From NCBI GenBank assembly GCA_008933055.1, contig WBXK01000003.1:1-43686 (forward strand): a DNA stretch of 43,686 nucleotides. Direction: 5' to 3'. The position numbers and the translations under genes were made by a program. Shown piece after piece: positions 1 through 9,105 of this stretch. The first letter of the stretch is position 1, and every line of letters starts with the position of its first letter. This DNA is from Verrucomicrobiota bacterium. Lineage in GTDB: Bacteria > Verrucomicrobiota > Verrucomicrobiia > Limisphaerales > JADLHS01. The notes under the pieces are model-generated. The model saw nothing but the letters and a program-made list of their open reading frames with translations. It made no database searches and had not been told where the DNA came from.

Positions 1-1
1 G

Positions 2-331
2 TTTTATGATTCAGCGGGGGCGGTTAATGGTTTGATTGAACAACGAATACTGGAACTCGTAGTTTCCGGGGAGCGGTTGGTATTTTCCCCCGACAGGATC
101 ATGAATTCCACTCAAAATATTCGCGCCGCTCTTGTATACACAAATAAGATTCTTTTCAAGGAACAGACAAACGGCCTCAGTCCTGTGCAAGTTCGACCAC
201 AAAACGAAACTTCCCAATCAACCTCCCGATCAAGAGTCCCCGTCTTAATTGTCTTTGCCGCCGTTGGACTAGGATTGCCCGCAATTTTTTACTTTGGTAG
301 CTGTAAGTTCACAAAACATGAAAACAAATAA
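2..331 (+). CDS. 3' end of a hypothetical protein with a C-terminal membrane anchor (cut by the window edge)
   Basis: The frame is open from base 2 (FYDSAGAVNGLIEQ...) to TAA at 329-331. It ends in a hydrophobic helix VPVLIVFAAVGLGLPAIFYF followed by a basic tail. Confidence 0.6.
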   Translation, partial: FYDSAGAVNGLIEQRILELVVSGERLVFSPDRIMNSTQNIRAALVYTNKILFKEQTNGLSPVQVRPQNETSQSTSRSRVPVLIVFAAVGLGLPAIFYFGSCKFTKHENK

Positions 332-343
332 GAAAGGCACAAA

Positions 344-736
344 ATGAAAAATAACGAGAATGCAAAACAGTCTGCGAAGCTCTTGGTTGTCGGCATCATA
401 ATAATTGCGTGTGCTACGACCGCATTACTGGCGGCATGCGCGGGTACAACGACTAAGTCTTGCGGGCAAAACCGGACGGACGGGGGGTTCGATCATGGTT
501 GTCAATCCGACTGGGTATGGACAAAAACATATACCACGTACGAGACATGCACGATTGAGTACGCAACCGGAGCAATGGGATGCGAGCAAAACGGCACTAA
601 CCAATGCACTGAAACTATAGAAATGACTTATTCAATAGAAACGCCCCCTAGTTGTGTGAGTGGAACAACGACGAACCAATGGCCAATCGGTAAATCTAAA
701 CCCAATAATGTGCCATGCCCGCCGCCTGTAGGTTGA
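344..736 (+). CDS. small secreted Cys/Thr-rich protein (130 aa), possible lipoprotein
   Basis: Purine-rich AGAAAGG precedes the ATG. Basic N-terminus, hydrophobic stretch and an LAAC lipobox-like motif; 8 Cys from that position onward. Confidence 0.7.
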   Translation: MKNNENAKQSAKLLVVGIIIIACATTALLAACAGTTTKSCGQNRTDGGFDHGCQSDWVWTKTYTTYETCTIEYATGAMGCEQNGTNQCTETIEMTYSIETPPSCVSGTTTNQWPIGKSKPNNVPCPPPVG

Positions 737-751
737 TGGGCATGATTTCCA

Positions 752-2233
752 TCAGTCCTTCGGCTCGAAGCGGAAAACCTGCGCTCCGTGCGCGACGACA
801 TCAAGGTAAAGTCCTTGTTGCGCCAGATCGTTTCCGGCGCGTTCGTAACTCTCCTTGCTCAGGAGATCACTCATAACCCAATCACGCTCGGCTAGTCCCG
901 CGAAATACAGAGATACGTAGCACTGGCTCGGGTGCCATGCCAGATTCACCACCACGAGATCAAAGCCAGTGCCTTTCCCTTGCCACAACACGACGATGAA
1001 GTTCTGCGCCGTCGGGTTTCCATCCCACGCCGCACGCGGTGCGAGGATCTGCCCGCGCCCAACACCCACTTCGGATTTTTTTAGAACTGCGAGCAACGAT
1101 TCGTACGCAATCTTTACCTCCTCCTGCTCCGCTTCGACGGCTCGCCGGCCTAGCTGCACTGGCATTTTGATCCGCGAGCCAGTCAGTTGACCTTCGTGCA
1201 AAAACCTCATTCCCGGCAGCCCAAGGATCGCCAACGCAGCTCCACGATTTTCCGCGGGTGAAAGTTTTGTGGCAACGCGCAGCTCGTCGTGGTTCTCAAG
1301 AAAGTGAATGCTGCGTGTCACGTAATCCTCCGGCGCAGACAAAAGTTTCCATTGCGCCTCTGCGTGATGCCGCTCGATCAGATCGTCGTAAAGCGCCTTA
1401 TCGTAGGTGAAGTTGAAGCCGAGCGATTGCAAAAGACCTTCGAGCCCCCAGTAAACTTCCGCTATGAAAATGAATTCTGGCTGCGTGCGCTTCACCTCTT
1501 TGATCGCATCCGGCCAGAACTCTTGTGCGAGATTCGGCTCGGTTGTCGGCAAGTGTGCCCAAGTCTTGGCGAACACTTCATTAAGCAACAGCATCGCCAT
1601 GTCACAACGCACACCATCGCACTTCGAAGCGATGGAGAGCAACAGCGTCCGCATCGCGCTGCGCGTTTCGCTGCGGCGATAATCCAGTTGAGCCACATCC
1701 GTCCACGGCGCGAAGTAAGGGTCTTTGCCATTGGCAACCCAACGTGAGCCCGCTGGGGTCTTCACCTCGAATGTTCCGTCCACCTTCCTAGGACTTTGGA
1801 CGAATAACTCTGGTTGCAAGATCACCCACGGATGATCCAACCCCATATGGTTTGGAACGAAATCGAGAATGAGCTTGATCCCGAGTGCATTCAGCTTGGT
1901 GCGGAAAGTTTTCAAGCCATCATCGCCGCCCAAAGTTTTCGGCACGGAATAATCTGCGATGGAATAGGGCGAGCCTGCCACGTCAGCATCCTCCCACCCC
2001 GGCAGCACGGCGTCATACTCCCGCCGCAAATCAGGAAGATTCAGCGCGATTTCGCGAGAACGCGCACCGGTTGTCCACACGCCCATGAGCCAAACGTGAG
2101 TGAAGCCGGATTTCTGCCAGAACGCGAACTCCTGCTCCGGCACGGTGGCAAGTGTGATATCGCGTTTATGGAGCGTTGACAATTCCCGCAACCAACAACG
2201 CGTGTTGATTTGATAAAGCAATGGATGGCTCAT
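752..2233 (-). CDS. GH13 alpha-amylase family glycosidase
   Basis: Motifs GSPYSI.DY, LDFVPNH, GVRCDMA (nucleophile), AEVYW (acid/base) and FLENHDE. Confidence 0.9.
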   Translation of the reverse strand: MSHPLLYQINTRCWLRELSTLHKRDITLATVPEQEFAFWQKSGFTHVWLMGVWTTGARSREIALNLPDLRREYDAVLPGWEDADVAGSPYSIADYSVPKTLGGDDGLKTFRTKLNALGIKLILDFVPNHMGLDHPWVILQPELFVQSPRKVDGTFEVKTPAGSRWVANGKDPYFAPWTDVAQLDYRRSETRSAMRTLLLSIASKCDGVRCDMAMLLLNEVFAKTWAHLPTTEPNLAQEFWPDAIKEVKRTQPEFIFIAEVYWGLEGLLQSLGFNFTYDKALYDDLIERHHAEAQWKLLSAPEDYVTRSIHFLENHDELRVATKLSPAENRGAALAILGLPGMRFLHEGQLTGSRIKMPVQLGRRAVEAEQEEVKIAYESLLAVLKKSEVGVGRGQILAPRAAWDGNPTAQNFIVVLWQGKGTGFDLVVVNLAWHPSQCYVSLYFAGLAERDWVMSDLLSKESYERAGNDLAQQGLYLDVVAHGAQVFRFEPKD

Positions 2234-2309
2234 ACAATCCTGTATCGGACGTTATCAGGGGACGTTTGAGCCGCAACGGCAAAGGAATACTTAACGCTGC
2301 GTGCGTCCG

Positions 2310-4097
2310 CTAAACAGTGGCATTTGTGGGCACCACTTCTGGTTCGACCCACTTGTTATGTTCTTTGATGAGGTCAACGAGGCGTTCCACCGCGTCGGCT
2401 TCGGGGATATTGAATTTGATCGGCGTTTTGCCGACGTAGAGATTGATCTTCCCGGGCGCGCCGCCCACGTATCCAAAGTCCGCATCAGCCATCTCGCCAG
2501 GTCCGTTCACGATGCAGCCCATGATGGCGATTTTTACACCTTTGAGATGTTCCGTACGCGTCTTGATGCGCGCGGTCACGGTCTGAAGATTGAACAACGT
2601 GCGCCCACAGCTTGGGCACGCGACGTAATCCGTCTTGAAGCTGCGGCATCCCGCCGCCTGCAAAATATTATAAGCCAACCGCAGCGATTGCCCCGCGCCA
2701 GATTCGTTGCGAACAAGGATCGCATCGCCGATTCCATCCGCCAGCAATGAGCCGATGACAACTGAAGCACGAAGCAAAGCGATCTTGGGTTCAAGCGCGC
2801 TGGATTCAAACGCCAGACAATCCTTCAGCAAGATCGGATTGTTGCGACCGAGCCGCTTCAATTTCGCCGCCAACAAACGGAATGCAGTGATAGCTGGCAG
2901 ATTCAAGCCATCCTTCACTGTAAGTAGTTGCGTGTCGCAATTGATCCCAAAGTCCTGCGTCGGATCAACCTCAGCGACGTTCAGGTCTTCATAAACCGCC
3001 TCCGGCTTCACGTCGTCCTTGGGTCGAATCTTCGGTGCAACCTTGTCCCACGTCCCACGAGTGACAACCACGCGGATGAGTTGTTCGCCGCCGCATTTGA
3101 CCTGTTCGTTCAACTCAATCTCCGGCGTTTCGCGGCGCTCAAAGTGGAAGGGGTCAAACGAAGGTTGAAGATTGAACGTAGAATGATGAAGATTCGCCAG
3201 CTTCGGAATCTGTGCCAACAAATCGCCGCAGACTTCAATCTCGCGAGGAGAATCTTCAGTCAACGAAACACGAATGGTATCGCCCAAGCCGTCGCACAAA
3301 AGCGAACCGATTCCGATGGCGGATTTGATCCGGCCATCTTCACCTTCGCCTGCTTCTGTGACACCAAGGTGAATCGGGTAATTCCAGTCGACCCCCTCCT
3401 GTTCGAGTCGCGCCACGAGCAGTCGATAGCACTCGATCATCACCTTCGGGTTACTCGACTTCATCGAGAACTTGAAATTCTGGAAGTCATGCTTGCGACA
3501 GATGCGTGCGAACTCCAGCGCGCTTTCCACCATGCCAAGCGGGGTGTCGCCGTAACGGTTCATGATGCGATCACTGAGCGAACCGTGATTGGTGCCGATA
3601 CGCATGGCGCGCTTGAGCCTGATGCACTCCAGCACGAGCGGCGTGAACTTTTCCTCGATGCGCCTCAACTCCTCAGCATATTGCGCGTCGGTGTATTCCT
3701 TGATAGCAAATTTTTTTGAGTCAGCGTAATTGCCTGGATTCACGCGCACGACTTCCACCCACTTTACAGCTTCCATCGCGGCCTCGGGCTTAAAGTGGAT
3801 GTCCGCGACGATGGGAACATTGCAGTCGCGCTTGCGAAGTTCAGTGACAATGTTCTGCAGGTTCGCCGCATCCTTCACCGTAGGCGCTGTAATGCGGACC
3901 AGCTGGCAACCGACGGCAACGAGATCAAGCGTCTGCTGCACGCTGGCCGTAGTATCCATCGTGTCGCAGGTGATCATGGACTGCGCCACGGCCGGATGAT
4001 TTCCGCCGATGACCACGCCTCCATTCTTAGGATCGCCGATCACGACTTCGCGCGTCTGACGACGCTTGCAAACGTAGGGAGACTCGCAGTAGCGCAT
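2310..4097 (-). CDS. ispG: (E)-4-hydroxy-3-methylbut-2-enyl-diphosphate synthase, long form
   Basis: Motifs QSM, VADIHF, RVNPGN, RIGTNHGSL, HLGVTEAG, CPSCGR and MGCIVNGPGE. Start moved to ATG 4097 (MRYCESPY), just downstream of rseP. Confidence 0.95.
   Translation of the reverse strand: MRYCESPYVCKRRQTREVVIGDPKNGGVVIGGNHPAVAQSMITCDTMDTTASVQQTLDLVAVGCQLVRITAPTVKDAANLQNIVTELRKRDCNVPIVADIHFKPEAAMEAVKWVEVVRVNPGNYADSKKFAIKEYTDAQYAEELRRIEEKFTPLVLECIRLKRAMRIGTNHGSLSDRIMNRYGDTPLGMVESALEFARICRKHDFQNFKFSMKSSNPKVMIECYRLLVARLEQEGVDWNYPIHLGVTEAGEGEDGRIKSAIGIGSLLCDGLGDTIRVSLTEDSPREIEVCGDLLAQIPKLANLHHSTFNLQPSFDPFHFERRETPEIELNEQVKCGGEQLIRVVVTRGTWDKVAPKIRPKDDVKPEAVYEDLNVAEVDPTQDFGINCDTQLLTVKDGLNLPAITAFRLLAAKLKRLGRNNPILLKDCLAFESSALEPKIALLRASVVIGSLLADGIGDAILVRNESGAGQSLRLAYNILQAAGCRSFKTDYVACPSCGRTLFNLQTVTARIKTRTEHLKGVKIAIMGCIVNGPGEMADADFGYVGGAPGKINLYVGKTPIKFNIPEADAVERLVDLIKEHNKWVEPEVVPTNATV
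3161..3195. repeat. degenerate heptamer tandem repeat in frame inside ispG
   Basis: aaggttg aagattg aacgtag aatgatg aagattc; encodes NLHHSTFNLQP on the minus strand. Confidence 0.7.
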
Positions 4098-4104
4098 GGG
4101 AAAA

Positions 4105-5526
4105 CTATTTCTTGGGCGCGAACATAATCGGCTCGTTGGCGCGACGCTCACTGCGAGAGTTCCGAATCCAATCGCCCACATCGTAGAACGCGATCCAGGC
4201 CATGAAACCGATCAACAGAATCGCAAACCCACTCTGAATATAATTCAGAATCTTCGGATTGACGGCACGCCGCCGCACGACCTCGATGAACGAGAGTAGA
4301 ATGTGACCACCATCTAGAACGGGCAGTGGCAGCATGTTGAGCATGGCGAGATTGACGTTCAACACAACGCTGAACCACAGCACCCAACGCCAACCGTCTT
4401 CGCTCTGAAAGAAGTTCGTATAGACACGGATGATCATCACGGCGCCGCCAAGTTGCTGCACGCCGATGTCGTTCTTCTTGTTGATGACCGCACCGACCGT
4501 CGCAAAGATTTGTTTCGCGCTCGCCTCGATCTGTTCCCAAGGACCAGGATACGTCAGCGTGTGATTCGTTTTGTCGAGCCAAACGATACCGAAGATCGGG
4601 GGAAAGTTCGTAGGTGTCGTGGGAGCTGCGGCAAGAATCTCCTTGTTGAACTCCTCAGTTCCGCGACGAACGGTGAGGTTGATCGGCGGAATGCTTTTGT
4701 TTGTCATCAGCTCCTGTGCGTATTCCACAGCGAGCAAGCTCAGAATCTTGTCACCATTGATAGCGACAATTTCATCTCCGCGTTTCAATCCCGCCAAATG
4801 TGCCGGACTGTTCGTCAACACGTCGCCGACGACAGGTTTTGCGATTGGCCCAAGATAAACCTGCCGCAACGCGCGGCGCTCATACCATGAGGTCTTTTGT
4901 TTGATGTAGGTTGGATAAGCCATCGCCTCCTTGCCATCACGCAGATATTTGACGGCAATATTCGTGCCCTCGCTCGTGATGATGCGCCACTTGATACTGT
5001 CCTGCGACGGTGGGCCAAAAGTTTTGATCGGGTGACCATCCACCTCTAGAATTTTATCGCCCGCGCGCAAGCCGGACTTCCAAGCTGGCCCCTCCGGCGT
5101 CACCCATCCAAGAACAGGTTCTACATCAGCAGCGCCTTCGGGCTTTCCGACTTGCCAAACGATGACAGCGAAAAGTATCGCGAGCAAAAAGCTAAACAGC
5201 GGCCCCGCGAAGGCCACGATGATTTTGTCCAACGGCGAAACATTCGGAAGTTGCTCAGCCTTCTCGTCGGTCTTTCCTTCGATGGCTTCCATCGTCGCCA
5301 TCTGTGGAAGGGAGACATAACCCCCAGCGGGAATCCAACCGAGCGCGTATTCGACACCGTTGAAGGTTTTACTCCAGATCGGTTTGCCAAACCAGATGGC
5401 GAAACGTTCAACCTTGAGACCACGCCAGCGGGCGGCGAGGAAGTGACCAAGTTCGTGGACGAAGATGAGAAGGTTCAGCGCGAACAACGCTTCCAAAACG
5501 ACGATGATGATTTTCAATATAGACAT
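4105..5526 (-). CDS. rseP: RIP metalloprotease RseP (M50, two PDZ domains)
   Basis: HELGH zinc motif, NMLPLPVLDGGH, two GLRAGD/GLKRGD PDZ motifs; adjacent to ispG. Confidence 0.93.
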   Translation of the reverse strand: MSILKIIIVVLEALFALNLLIFVHELGHFLAARWRGLKVERFAIWFGKPIWSKTFNGVEYALGWIPAGGYVSLPQMATMEAIEGKTDEKAEQLPNVSPLDKIIVAFAGPLFSFLLAILFAVIVWQVGKPEGAADVEPVLGWVTPEGPAWKSGLRAGDKILEVDGHPIKTFGPPSQDSIKWRIITSEGTNIAVKYLRDGKEAMAYPTYIKQKTSWYERRALRQVYLGPIAKPVVGDVLTNSPAHLAGLKRGDEIVAINGDKILSLLAVEYAQELMTNKSIPPINLTVRRGTEEFNKEILAAAPTTPTNFPPIFGIVWLDKTNHTLTYPGPWEQIEASAKQIFATVGAVINKKNDIGVQQLGGAVMIIRVYTNFFQSEDGWRWVLWFSVVLNVNLAMLNMLPLPVLDGGHILLSFIEVVRRRAVNPKILNYIQSGFAILLIGFMAWIAFYDVGDWIRNSRSERRANEPIMFAPKK

Positions 5527-5612
5527 GCGATAAACGTTTCACCCAAAGGGCGAGATGAGTATATCGGCGAAACCGTGGCGAGCAATGACGGCTTTCGATT
5601 CTTAGCACAAAC

Positions 5613-5642
5613 AAAAAAAGGCCGCGTCGTGAGACGCGGCCT
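5613..5642 (-). terminator. intrinsic terminator after fusA
   Basis: Perfect 10-bp stem aggccgcgtc/gacgcggcct with a 4-nt loop, followed by a U-tract on the minus strand. Confidence 0.85.
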
Positions 5643-5670
5643 GCTTGAATTCAACTGAACCTCGGCTCGA

Positions 5671-7887
5671 CTAGGTACGAGCAGCAGGTTTGTTCTTAGC
5701 CGTATCGAGGAGTTTTTCCGCGACGCTGTTGGGCACTTGCGCGAAGGTGAACGGTTCCATCGAGTAAGACGCACGACCTTTCGAGAGGGAACGGATAGCG
5801 GTGGCATAGCCAAACATTTCAGCCAGCGGCACGTGGGCGTTGAGAACAGTCTGACCATTCTTCGCTTCAATGCTGACAATCGTGCCACGACGACGGTTGA
5901 TGTCGCCGAGCAGATCGCCTTGGTATTCGTCGGGAGTGGTACATTCCACTTTCATCAGCGGTTCGAGCAAGATCGGCGCGGCTTTTTTGAACGCGTCTTT
6001 CAAGGCGAAGATACCCGCCATGCGGAATGCCAGCTCGTTCGAGTCAACTTCATGGAACGATCCGTCGACGACTTCAACTTTGATATCGATGACCTGATAG
6101 CCCGCATACACGCCTCCTTTGATGGCCTCATTGATGCCGTCAATGACTTTGGGAATAAATTCCTTAGGAATCGAGCCACCGACGATTTCGTCAACGACTT
6201 CAACACCCTTACCCTTCTCGTTCGGATAAACTTTGATGCACGCGTGACCGTATTGTCCTTTGCCGCCGGATTGACGAATGAACTTACCTTCGCCTTCCGC
6301 TTCTTTCGTAATCGTTTCGCGATAAGCGATCTGCGGAGCCCCAGTGTTGGCCTCAACTTTGAATTCGCGTTTCAAGCGGTCGATTATGATTTCCAGATGC
6401 AACTCGCCCATGCCTGCGATGATGAGCTGGGCGGTTTCTTCATTGGTGAAACAGCGGAACGTCGGATCTTCTTCCGCGAGACGCTGCAAACCTTCGGACA
6501 ACTTGTCGCGATCTTGCTTGGTCTTGGGTTCGACTGCCATCGAGATAACAGGTTCAGGGAATGTTGGTGGTTCAAGAGTCACGTCAAAGTCTTCATTGCA
6601 CAGCGTGTCACCCGTGGTGATGTTGCGCAGACCGACGAGTGCGGCGATGTCGCCCGCATACACAGCATCAATGTCTTTCCGCTCGCTTCCTTGAATGACC
6701 ATGAGACGACTGACACGTTCACGTTTGCGCGTGCGCGGATTGTAGATCGTGTCGCCCTTCTTGAGCTGACCGGAATAAACACGGAAGAACACTAGTTTGC
6801 CAGCGTACGGATCTGTCCAGAGCTTGAACGCGAGAGAGCAAAGCTTTTCATTGTCGGTCGTAGGAACATTGACCACAACGTCCGTGCCAAGTTCATGACC
6901 TGTAGCACCAGGAATGTCCAGCGGACTGGGCAGATAATCAATGACAGCGTCCACGAGTACCTGAACGCCCTTTTTCTTGAAGGCGGAACCGCACAACACC
7001 GGAATGATCTCAATCTTGCAAGTGAGACGGCGGATGGCGGCCTTCAGAACAGGGGCTGTGATCGGCTTGTCTTCGAGAACCAAATTGGCGATTTCGTCAT
7101 CTTTGTTGGAGACGGCATCAATTAATTCCGCAAGCGCGGCATTGGCGCGATCTTGATCTTCTGGTGCGATTTCCCGGATCTCATAGTTGAGACCTTCATT
7201 CGCTTCGGTGGGCCCCCAGTAAATCGTCTTCTGATTGACGAGGTCAATCACTCCTTCAAAGCCACCTGTGACAGGTTTCCCTTCGGCTTCAGTCGGTCCT
7301 TGCCCCAATGGTAAGAAGATCGGGAACGCATACGCCTTAAGTTTCGTACGCATGTCGTTGAGGGCGTTTTCAAAGTTCGCGCCGATACGATCCATCTTAT
7401 TGACGAATGCGATGCGCGGCACGTTGTACTTCGTGGCCTGACGCCACACGGTTTCAGATTGCGGCTGCACGCCTGCCACGCCGCAGAACACAGCGACAGC
7501 TCCGTCGAGAACACGCATGGAGCGTTCGACTTCAGCAGTGAAGTCCACGTGTCCGGGCGTATCAATGATGTTGATGCGATGCGGGACATTGTTAAACGCC
7601 TTAAATACTTTATCTTCCCCAGCCTTCGCACATTTCTGAGTCCAGAAGCAAGTGACAGCAGCGGATGTGATCGTGATCCCGCGTTCCTTTTCCTGCTCCA
7701 TCCAGTCGGTCACCGTATTGCCATCATCCACGTCACCGATTTTGTGGATGAGTCCGGTGTAAAACAAAATCCGCTCGGTGGTCGTCGTCTTACCGGCGTC
7801 GATGTGCGCGGCGATACCGATGTTTCGTGTGCGTTCGAGAGTGTATTCGCGATTGGGCGAATTAGGTGATGTTGCAGGAGCTGTCAT
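5671..7887 (-). CDS. fusA: elongation factor G
   Basis: Motifs AHIDAGKTT, RGITI, DTPGHVDF, NKMD, GMGELHL and GGKGQYGH; follows rpsG. Confidence 0.97.
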   Translation of the reverse strand: MTAPATSPNSPNREYTLERTRNIGIAAHIDAGKTTTTERILFYTGLIHKIGDVDDGNTVTDWMEQEKERGITITSAAVTCFWTQKCAKAGEDKVFKAFNNVPHRINIIDTPGHVDFTAEVERSMRVLDGAVAVFCGVAGVQPQSETVWRQATKYNVPRIAFVNKMDRIGANFENALNDMRTKLKAYAFPIFLPLGQGPTEAEGKPVTGGFEGVIDLVNQKTIYWGPTEANEGLNYEIREIAPEDQDRANAALAELIDAVSNKDDEIANLVLEDKPITAPVLKAAIRRLTCKIEIIPVLCGSAFKKKGVQVLVDAVIDYLPSPLDIPGATGHELGTDVVVNVPTTDNEKLCSLAFKLWTDPYAGKLVFFRVYSGQLKKGDTIYNPRTRKRERVSRLMVIQGSERKDIDAVYAGDIAALVGLRNITTGDTLCNEDFDVTLEPPTFPEPVISMAVEPKTKQDRDKLSEGLQRLAEEDPTFRCFTNEETAQLIIAGMGELHLEIIIDRLKREFKVEANTGAPQIAYRETITKEAEGEGKFIRQSGGKGQYGHACIKVYPNEKGKGVEVVDEIVGGSIPKEFIPKVIDGINEAIKGGVYAGYQVIDIKVEVVDGSFHEVDSNELAFRMAGIFALKDAFKKAAPILLEPLMKVECTTPDEYQGDLLGDINRRRGTIVSIEAKNGQTVLNAHVPLAEMFGYATAIRSLSKGRASYSMEPFTFAQVPNSVAEKLLDTAKNKPAART

Positions 7888-7903
7888 AAATTGTTTGAGT
7901 GAT

Positions 7904-7941
7904 AAAAAAAACGCCCCGAGCAGTATTTGCTTCCGGGGCGT
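7904..7941 (-). terminator. terminator-like hairpin in the rpsG-fusA spacer
   Basis: Minus strand reads cgccccg-ga-agca-aatac-tgct-cggggcg followed by 8 T. Confidence 0.6.
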
Positions 7942-7956
7942 ATAAAACTTTTCGGA

Positions 7957-8430
7957 CTACCAGCGGAAGTGTGCGAAGGCTTTGTTGGCCTGCGCCATTT
8001 TGTGAACGTCGTCACGTTTTCGAATTGCTCCGCCCTGACCTTGGAACGCTTCCATTATCTCGGCAGCCAAAGCTGCTGCCATTGGAGTGCCTTTGCGGGC
8101 GTCCGCGAAATCCACGATCCAACGCAATGCGAGCGCAGCCTGACGGTCAGAAGGAACTTCGAGCGGAACTTGATACGTAGCACCACCGACGCGGCGAGGC
8201 TTGGTTTCAATGCGGGGCTTAGCGTTATCCACAGCGCGCTGAAGGATTTCAACGGGATTGCTTGCCGGATTTTTCTCCGAGAGAGTTTCAAACGCACCAT
8301 AAACGATGCGTTGTGCAGTGCTCTTCTTGCCGGAGAACATGACGGTGTTGACCAATCGCGCTACGAGAACGCTCTGGTATTTTCCGTCCTTTTGTGCTGG
8401 ACGCCTTGAGGCTTGACGACGACGTGACAT
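7957..8430 (-). CDS. rpsG: 30S ribosomal protein S7
   Basis: GKKSTAQRIVY, RRVGGATYQVP, HKMAQANKAFAHFRW. Confidence 0.98.
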   Translation of the reverse strand: MSRRRQASRRPAQKDGKYQSVLVARLVNTVMFSGKKSTAQRIVYGAFETLSEKNPASNPVEILQRAVDNAKPRIETKPRRVGGATYQVPLEVPSDRQAALALRWIVDFADARKGTPMAAALAAEIMEAFQGQGGAIRKRDDVHKMAQANKAFAHFRW

Positions 8431-8460
8431 GTGTTCGTTAAATTCTTTTGGGGTGAATGA

Positions 8461-8856
8461 TTACTTGGCAGGGGCGGCTTTTGCGGCTTTTGGACGCTTC
8501 ACGCCATACTTGGAACGGCTGACGCGGCGCTTCTCAACGCCAGCGGCGTCGAGCGTTCCACGCACAATGTGATAGCGCACACCGGGCAAATCTTTCACAC
8601 GACCACCGCGCACGAGCACGATGCTGTGTTCTTGAAGATTGTGACCTTCGTCCGGGATGTAAGCGATGATTTCGAAACCATTCGTCAAACGAACCTTCGC
8701 AACTTTACGCATCGCTGAGTTCGGCTTCTTAGGTGTGCGAGTCATGACTTGGATGCACACGCCACGACGGAAGGGCGAGTTATCCAGAGCCGGAGACTTG
8801 GACTTATACTTGATCTTATTACGGCCCTTACGGACCAATTGATTGATTGTCGGCAT
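8461..8856 (-). CDS. rpsL: 30S ribosomal protein S12
   Basis: [30 protein letters not shown]. Confidence 0.98.
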   Translation of the reverse strand: MPTINQLVRKGRNKIKYKSKSPALDNSPFRRGVCIQVMTRTPKKPNSAMRKVAKVRLTNGFEIIAYIPDEGHNLQEHSIVLVRGGRVKDLPGVRYHIVRGTLDAAGVEKRRVSRSKYGVKRPKAAKAAPAK

Positions 8857-8913
8857 TTGCTAAAAGTTTTTCCCGCTCTACTGGGTCAATAATCGCCACT
8901 GAAACGGACGCAG

Positions 8914-8941
8914 AGAGTAACAAAGGCTAGTTCACCCGCAA
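8914..8941 (-). promoter_or_regulatory. candidate sigma70-type promoter for rpsL-rpsG-fusA
   Basis: Minus strand TTGCGG-16 nt-TACTCT with a TGn extended -10. Confidence 0.4.
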
Positions 8942-9105
8942 CAAGATTTTTTGAGAAAAACTCGGACAAGCAGTCGCATCCGACCGCCTCGCTGCTTTTT
9001 GCACCAGAACCAGCTCAAAATACTCTCGCCTCAAAAATACTTGCGGAGCATTCTCCCGTCATTGCCGTCTAATTCATGGTAAAGAAAGTTCACCGCAAAA
9101 ACTTT

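Noticed and set aside
310-354. Short imperfect direct repeat (cacaaaacatgaaaacaaataa / cacaaaatgaaaaataa) at the first gene junction
   Set aside because: Low-complexity A-rich sequence that could easily arise by chance.
5737-6795. Long antisense ORFs (also 10739-11683, 13109-13933, 25530-26969 and others)
   Set aside because: They shadow well-supported genes on the opposite strand and carry no recognisable motifs; this is expected from codon bias in GC-rich DNA.
8461-8856. Streptomycin-resistance alleles in rpsL
   Set aside because: The PKKPNS and RVKDLP lysines are wild type.
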